Virus record (IMG/VR): IMGVR_UViG_3300036945_000909
Source of the DNA: an uncultured virus (IMG/VR IMGVR_UViG_3300036945_000909)
Taxonomy: Duplodnaviria > Heunggongvirae > Uroviricota > Caudoviricetes
Direction: 5' to 3' (one strand)
Length of the DNA: 64,000 bases
Part shown: positions 59,594 to 64,000 of the stretch, piece by piece
Numbering within the stretch: the first letter of the stretch is position 1
Layout of the letters: each line of letters opens with the position of its first letter
Translations under genes and position numbers: made by a program
The notes under the pieces: generated by a model
Database searches by the model: none
What the model was told of the DNA's origin: nothing
What the model saw: the letters and a program-made list of their open reading frames with translations, nothing else

Positions 59594-60066
59594 TGAAAAT
59601 CACAAAAGAACAATTTAAGAAAATCGTTAGAGAGGTTTTAACCGAAGAAAACGAATACCAAGCATTCTTTCAGAAAGCATTAGATAAAGCTGGAAAATCA
59701 ATTCCATCTATGTCTGATGAAGAAAAGAAAGCGTTTTTTGATAAAATCGATGCCGCATGGAATGGTAAAGGTGAGAAAAACGAAGAATTAGTTGGTGGCC
59801 AAAAAGAATTAGATGTTGATGGTGATGGTGATATTAGTGGTGACGATTTAGCAGATTTAAGAGCTGGTAAAAAAGCAGATGAATCTATAAATGAAGAAGA
59901 TATTAATTGGGGTGCAACCGAAAACGCAATCATTAACTTTCTAAAAGCAAATACAAAAATTTTAGATAAAAGAGTTAAAGATAGAGATACTGATGGTGTT
60001 AAAAAAGGATTACAATCAATTATTGATGGTTTAACTAATGCACAACGCAGTTTAAAATTAAAATAA
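59593..60066 (+). CDS. Modular head-associated protein with EF-hand-like DxDxDG loop
   Basis: Leader MKITKEQFKKIVREVLTEE; LDVDGDGDISGDDL; ESINEE. Confidence 0.75.
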   Translation: MKITKEQFKKIVREVLTEENEYQAFFQKALDKAGKSIPSMSDEEKKAFFDKIDAAWNGKGEKNEELVGGQKELDVDGDGDISGDDLADLRAGKKADESINEEDINWGATENAIINFLKANTKILDKRVKDRDTDGVKKGLQSIIDGLTNAQRSLKLK

Positions 60067-60081
60067 TTATAAAGGATAGAT

Positions 60082-60675
60082 ATGAAATCATTATTAATAG
60101 AAACTAACCTATTTGAAGGTAAGGTAAATGAGGATGAAGGTGGAAGAACTCTTGTAAAGGGTATTCTACAACGTGCTGGTGCCGAAAATCAAAATGGTAG
60201 AGTATATCCGATGGAAATTTTAAGAAGAGAAGCACAGAAATATGAAACTCTTATTAAAGAAAGAAGAGCGTTAGGAGAATTAGACCATCCAGATTCATCT
60301 GTAATCAATTTAAAGAACGTTTCTCATAACATTAAGGAAATCCATTGGGAAGGTAATGATTTGTGTGGGACAGTTGAAATCTTACCAACTCCATCAGGCA
60401 ATATCTTAAAAGAATTATTAAGAGCAGGAATCCTTTTAGGAATTTCATCTCGTGGTATGGGTTCAGTATCACCAATGGGTGAGGGTAAAGTAAAAGTAGG
60501 TGAAGATTTTGAATTAATTGGTTGGGATTTCGTATCCAATCCATCTACACATGGTGCATTTATGACACCATTACAAGAATCTGTAAATAAACAATTACAA
60601 GAACAGGCAGTAGTATGTGGTGATTTCTGTAAGGCACAAGACCTTATGAGAGAAATTATTACTGAATTAGCATAA
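60082..60675 (+). CDS. Prohead core protease (T4 gp21-like)
   Basis: NQNGRVYP, ALGELDHP, VSH, TPSG.I, GISSRGMGS, DFVSNPS. Confidence 0.96.
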   Translation: MKSLLIETNLFEGKVNEDEGGRTLVKGILQRAGAENQNGRVYPMEILRREAQKYETLIKERRALGELDHPDSSVINLKNVSHNIKEIHWEGNDLCGTVEILPTPSGNILKELLRAGILLGISSRGMGSVSPMGEGKVKVGEDFELIGWDFVSNPSTHGAFMTPLQESVNKQLQEQAVVCGDFCKAQDLMREIITELA

Positions 60676-60686
60676 GGAATACACAT

Positions 60687-61127
60687 ATGGCATTCTCAAT
60701 ACAAGATTATTTAGAACATAATAAAATAGAATTAGGTAAAATCACCAAAGAAGTTGGTGATACTCCATATAAAGGTGGTCATAACGATATTCGTAAAACA
60801 AATTACGATGTTAAGATTAAAGAAGATGGTAAGTTGGATTTATATACTCATAAAAAAGTATTAACTGAATCTATATTAAACGAAGCATCTGAAGTATCAT
60901 TTAATGAATTAAAACCAGAACAACAAAAACAAATTAAAGCGTTCGAACAATTATTGGGTGGAAAAGTTAATTCTATATTTGATGGAATTCACGGATTTAT
61001 CGTAGATTTGAAGGTAAGTGGTGGACATGGTAATTATAGATTTGAAGCCGATGAAATGAAAAAGTTAATATCACTTAAAGTTCGTTGGGTTGAAGGTGAT
61101 AGAGATAATGTAAGTATTGGATTTTAA
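60687..61127 (+). CDS. Two-module hypothetical head-region protein
   Basis: Internal LTESILNE-A linker; TAAGGA SD. Confidence 0.7.
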   Translation: MAFSIQDYLEHNKIELGKITKEVGDTPYKGGHNDIRKTNYDVKIKEDGKLDLYTHKKVLTESILNEASEVSFNELKPEQQKQIKAFEQLLGGKVNSIFDGIHGFIVDLKVSGGHGNYRFEADEMKKLISLKVRWVEGDRDNVSIGF

Positions 61128-61144
61128 AAATAGGATTAATAAAA

Positions 61145-63388
61145 ATGATTAAATTAAGAAATTTACTTAACGAAGAAACTTTTACCGCAACAAATAAAAA
61201 GAGTGGTAAAACCTCAGTATTCAAATCAAAAGATAGTAGAGATGCTGCAATCAAAGCAGGAACTCATAATCCTATAAAAGATAAGGGAGATTCTAATTCT
61301 AAAGATAGTGAAACTCCAAAGGTAAATATCTTTGATAAACCATCAAATAAACCAAAATCAAAACCTAAAAAATCTAATAAATCAATTTCCCAAAGTGATA
61401 TAGATGATAATTTAGGAGATTCAGTAGAGTTTGATGATTATTTAGATAATAACGAAGATATATTTTCTAAAGATGATTTTAATGAATTAAAGTCATTAAA
61501 TAGTAATTGGCAACAATTGGAAGCAGATTCAGTCGAAGCAGAAATGGATGATGACTATGAGTTAATGGATGAAATAGATACTGACATAAATAATATAGTT
61601 GGTGATATAACAAATGTATTAGACAAATATTTAGATAAATCTAAAAAAACTCCAATATCAAAACCTAAAAATAAAAGAGGAGAGGGTGACCCCAAAGTAA
61701 ATGCTTTAGCTAATAAATTGGCTGAAAAAGCAGGATTTACTCTGAAAAAATTAGGTAAGGAAAAGTTTAGAGAAGTAATGCTTCAATCAGCAGTTAAGGC
61801 ATTAAAATTTAAATATCGTAGAGAAGCAAGAGAATTGGTAGCAGCACTTGAAGGGAAACCTGAATTTGCAAAAAGAGTAGATTACCCATATGGATTAGAC
61901 CCTAAGTATGATGAGAAAATGGACTATATAAAAAATAATACAGCAGATGGTTCAATTTATATGAACCCATCTGATGATGTTGATAGTTATAGTTTTAATG
62001 TTTTACAATCCTCTAAATATTTTGCTCCAGATGCAGTAGATGCAATTGCGAATACATTAAGAATAAATGGGTTTGATGCTGATGCAGATTTAGTCCAATC
62101 GGTTCTTAATCCTAACAATAAAGAAAAGAAAAACGAAAATAAAATTCAATCTACAAAATTAAAAAGTATAACAGAATCAATGAAATTAAGAAATTTACTT
62201 AACGAAGAAACTTTTACCGCAACAAATAAAAAGAGTGGTAAAACCTCAGTATTCAAATCAAAAGATAGTAGAGATGCTGCAATCAAAGCAGGAACTCACT
62301 CTGAAAAAGAAGATAATAAATCAGATAAATCAACTGGTACTGCTTCAAAAGTAAATATCTTTGATAAACCAACAACATCAGAACCAAAATCAAATACTCC
62401 AAAATTAAGTCCTAAAATGATTAAAATGGATTTGGATGATATGAAGGGAACATTATCAATGTCTGTTGCGTACGCAATTAAAAGAGGTGATAGAAACCCA
62501 AATGTTGCATTCGGTTTAGGTGATAATCAATATGATAATATATTAAAGAGATTAGCAAAAATTGGTGGTGCAAGTGAGCATGATATGAAATTTAGAACTG
62601 ATAATTATTCTACTGCTGAATTAGAAAAATGGGCAAAGGAACGATTAGATTTAGTTTTAACAGATGAACCTAAAGATGAACCAAGCGAACCTAAATCAAG
62701 AAAAGGTGTTCCTGCAGTAAATAAGGCAGTTAGACAACAAGCTCAAAAATTAGGAATTACTCCTGAGAAATTGGGTAAAGAAGAATATTTGAAAAAAATG
62801 GCTCAAGCAGCAGTTTCTGCACTTACTGATTCAAACTTTCACCCTGAAGCAAGACAATTGGTTGCTGATTTAGAAGGAAAACCAGAAATGGCAGAGAAAC
62901 CTGAGTATCCATCAATGAAAGACCCAAAATATAAAGAAAAGATGACAGTTCTTAATGCCAAATACGATTCTGTATATAATACACCTGATAAAGATGCAGA
63001 TGAATTGGGAACTTCAGCATCACAATCTGCTGAATGGAGTGGTGATACTGCAATCGATGCAATCGCGTTTGATTTGAGAATGAATGGTTTTCACAAAATG
63101 GCAGATAAGATACAATCGGTAATTAAAGAAGGTAAAGTTAGTAGAACTTCACTTACAAGAATAATGAACGAATCTGCAAGTAAAGAAGCAGTTGGTATAT
63201 CAGTATTTACTGGTACTCGTGCTGATGCAATTGATGCATTTATTCAAAAACATGAATTAGATGCAATGAAACTTTATAAAAGTATCAAATCAGCAAACTT
63301 AAAAGGTAGAATGGATTTCGTTACTGCATTAGTTGGTAAAGAAGGAAACAAATACCAACAAGCTATTATTAAAGCGTTTAGAAAATAG
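61145..63388 (+). CDS. Internally duplicated modular head-associated protein
   Basis: Two units, each starting KLRNLLNEE-TFTATNKKSGKTSVF and containing a KLGKE...EAR.LVA.LEGKPE domain. Confidence 0.8.
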   Translation: MIKLRNLLNEETFTATNKKSGKTSVFKSKDSRDAAIKAGTHNPIKDKGDSNSKDSETPKVNIFDKPSNKPKSKPKKSNKSISQSDIDDNLGDSVEFDDYLDNNEDIFSKDDFNELKSLNSNWQQLEADSVEAEMDDDYELMDEIDTDINNIVGDITNVLDKYLDKSKKTPISKPKNKRGEGDPKVNALANKLAEKAGFTLKKLGKEKFREVMLQSAVKALKFKYRREARELVAALEGKPEFAKRVDYPYGLDPKYDEKMDYIKNNTADGSIYMNPSDDVDSYSFNVLQSSKYFAPDAVDAIANTLRINGFDADADLVQSVLNPNNKEKKNENKIQSTKLKSITESMKLRNLLNEETFTATNKKSGKTSVFKSKDSRDAAIKAGTHSEKEDNKSDKSTGTASKVNIFDKPTTSEPKSNTPKLSPKMIKMDLDDMKGTLSMSVAYAIKRGDRNPNVAFGLGDNQYDNILKRLAKIGGASEHDMKFRTDNYSTAELEKWAKERLDLVLTDEPKDEPSEPKSRKGVPAVNKAVRQQAQKLGITPEKLGKEEYLKKMAQAAVSALTDSNFHPEARQLVADLEGKPEMAEKPEYPSMKDPKYKEKMTVLNAKYDSVYNTPDKDADELGTSASQSAEWSGDTAIDAIAFDLRMNGFHKMADKIQSVIKEGKVSRTSLTRIMNESASKEAVGISVFTGTRADAIDAFIQKHELDAMKLYKSIKSANLKGRMDFVTALVGKEGNKYQQAIIKAFRK
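61151..61266 (+). repeat. 116-bp perfect direct repeat, copy 1
   Basis: Identical to 62183-62298 (offset 1032 nt, in frame). Confidence 0.95.
62183..62298 (+). repeat. 116-bp perfect direct repeat, copy 2
   Basis: Identical to 61151-61266. Confidence 0.95.
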
Positions 63389-63396
63389 GAGAATCG

Positions 63397-63861
63397 ATGA
63401 TTAAATTATCACAAATATTAAAAGAAGGTGAAGAAAGACAACAAACTCAGATGTCATCTGAATTAAAGAAACATTTTTTAGAAATCGTATCTACATACAA
63501 CAAGTATCAAGAACAGATGGATAGGAAATCTGATTTAGCAACTATTGCTGAAACTTTAGGTGGAATTACCGAAGCAGCAAGAGCACTTGCTTTGAATGAA
63601 GGTGATGATTGGTTTGATAAAGTAACCATCAAACGTAATATGAATGAGTTAGAAAAATTGGGTAAAGAATTTGATAAATGTGCAATGGAAGCAAATTCAT
63701 TAGACCAAAGAATGGGTGGGTTATATGAAGATATGGGACACATTCTTTCTCGTTATTACAAGTTAGGTGAAATATCCGAAGAACAAATGAAAAATAGATT
63801 AGGTATTACAAATGAATCAGTAAAAACATCTAAAGGATGTGATATTTGTGATAAAAAATAA
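63397..63861 (+). CDS. Helical head-region protein with MIKL..ILKE leader
   Basis: MIKLSQILKEGEE...LYEDMGHILSRYY; AGGAG SD. Confidence 0.75.
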   Translation: MIKLSQILKEGEERQQTQMSSELKKHFLEIVSTYNKYQEQMDRKSDLATIAETLGGITEAARALALNEGDDWFDKVTIKRNMNELEKLGKEFDKCAMEANSLDQRMGGLYEDMGHILSRYYKLGEISEEQMKNRLGITNESVKTSKGCDICDKK

Positions 63862-63869
63862 TTTATATA

Positions 63870-63877
63870 TATTTATA
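63870..63877 (+). promoter_or_regulatory. Putative late promoter TATTTATA
   Basis: Upstream of ATG 63908. Confidence 0.65.
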
Positions 63878-63907
63878 CAAAAGTTACAAACAATTTAAAT
63901 TAAATTA

Positions 63908-64000
63908 ATGAGCGGAATATCAAGATGCACAGTAGAAGTTCGTAATGGAGACATTACAAAGGCTTTGAAAATCTTTAAAAAGAAAGTTATGGAAAGTGGT
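63908..64000 (+). CDS. rpsU: Phage-encoded 30S ribosomal protein bS21, 5' part (truncated by window edge; not in ORF track)
   Basis: MSGISRCTVEVRNGDITKALKIFKKKVMESG matches the bS21 N-terminal pattern V.V....I..AL+.FK++...G; bS21 is known from head-gene clusters of large Bacteroidota phages. Confidence 0.85.
   Translation, partial: MSGISRCTVEVRNGDITKALKIFKKKVMESG

Noticed and set aside
61151..62298. CRISPR array or mobile-element terminal repeats
   Set aside because: There are only two copies, they are coding and in frame, and there are no spacers or transposase.
815..63743. Numerous 60-125 aa ORFs in the track nested within or antisense to long genes (e.g. 815-1021, 11053-11412, 50361-50738, 60324-60686)
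   Set aside because: They are shadow frames of well-supported + strand genes, with no recognisable motifs or initiation signals.
1..64000. Alternative genetic code (stop-codon reassignment)
   Set aside because: Standard code 11 gives full-length terminase, portal and other genes with near-complete coding density.
1..64000. tRNA, rRNA or other structured RNA genes
   Set aside because: Intergenic gaps are short and AT-rich, and no cloverleaf or T-loop motif was recognised by eye; a covariance search was not possible.

Overview
This 64-kb window is AT-rich and almost entirely + strand coded. It comes from a large T4-like (myovirus-type) phage genome. A Bacteroidota host is inferred from BACON-like domains, a TTTG-N20-TAnnTTT promoter and a phage-encoded bS21 in the head cluster. 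Layout: (1) 1-15.3 kb, baseplate/tail module (gp25-, gp6/J- and gp7/I-like proteins, collar-type proteins); (2) 15.3-21.7 kb, sulfotransferase, GIY-YIG-like protein, primase, a single-chain Mre11-Rad50 (gp47-gp46) fusion and a small antisense RHH-like gene; (3) 21.8-29.5 kb, tail fibre with an S74-type chaperone, followed by a BACON adhesin; (4) 29.6-47.3 kb, a ~18 kb glycan synthesis/modification island (GT4-, GT2-, GT7+LamG- and GT10-like proteins, methyltransferase, radical SAM, RmlC, three SDRs, split ThDP enzyme, SGNH); (5) 47.4-64 kb, head module with a 1566-aa polyvalent protein, spanin-like pair, terminase, portal, prohead protease, several modular proteins and the 5' end of a ribosomal protein bS21 gene. 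Three hypotheses stand out. First, head-cargo polyproteins appear to be punctuated by [LIV]-x-E / ESINE prohead-protease sites and carry MIKL..LLNEE leader peptides. Second, phage bS21 may be coupled to Shine-Dalgarno-led late genes in a host lineage that normally masks its anti-SD. Third, a late-expressed branched-sugar glycosylation pathway may decorate the virion. All family assignments come from motif recognition by eye; no database search was run.
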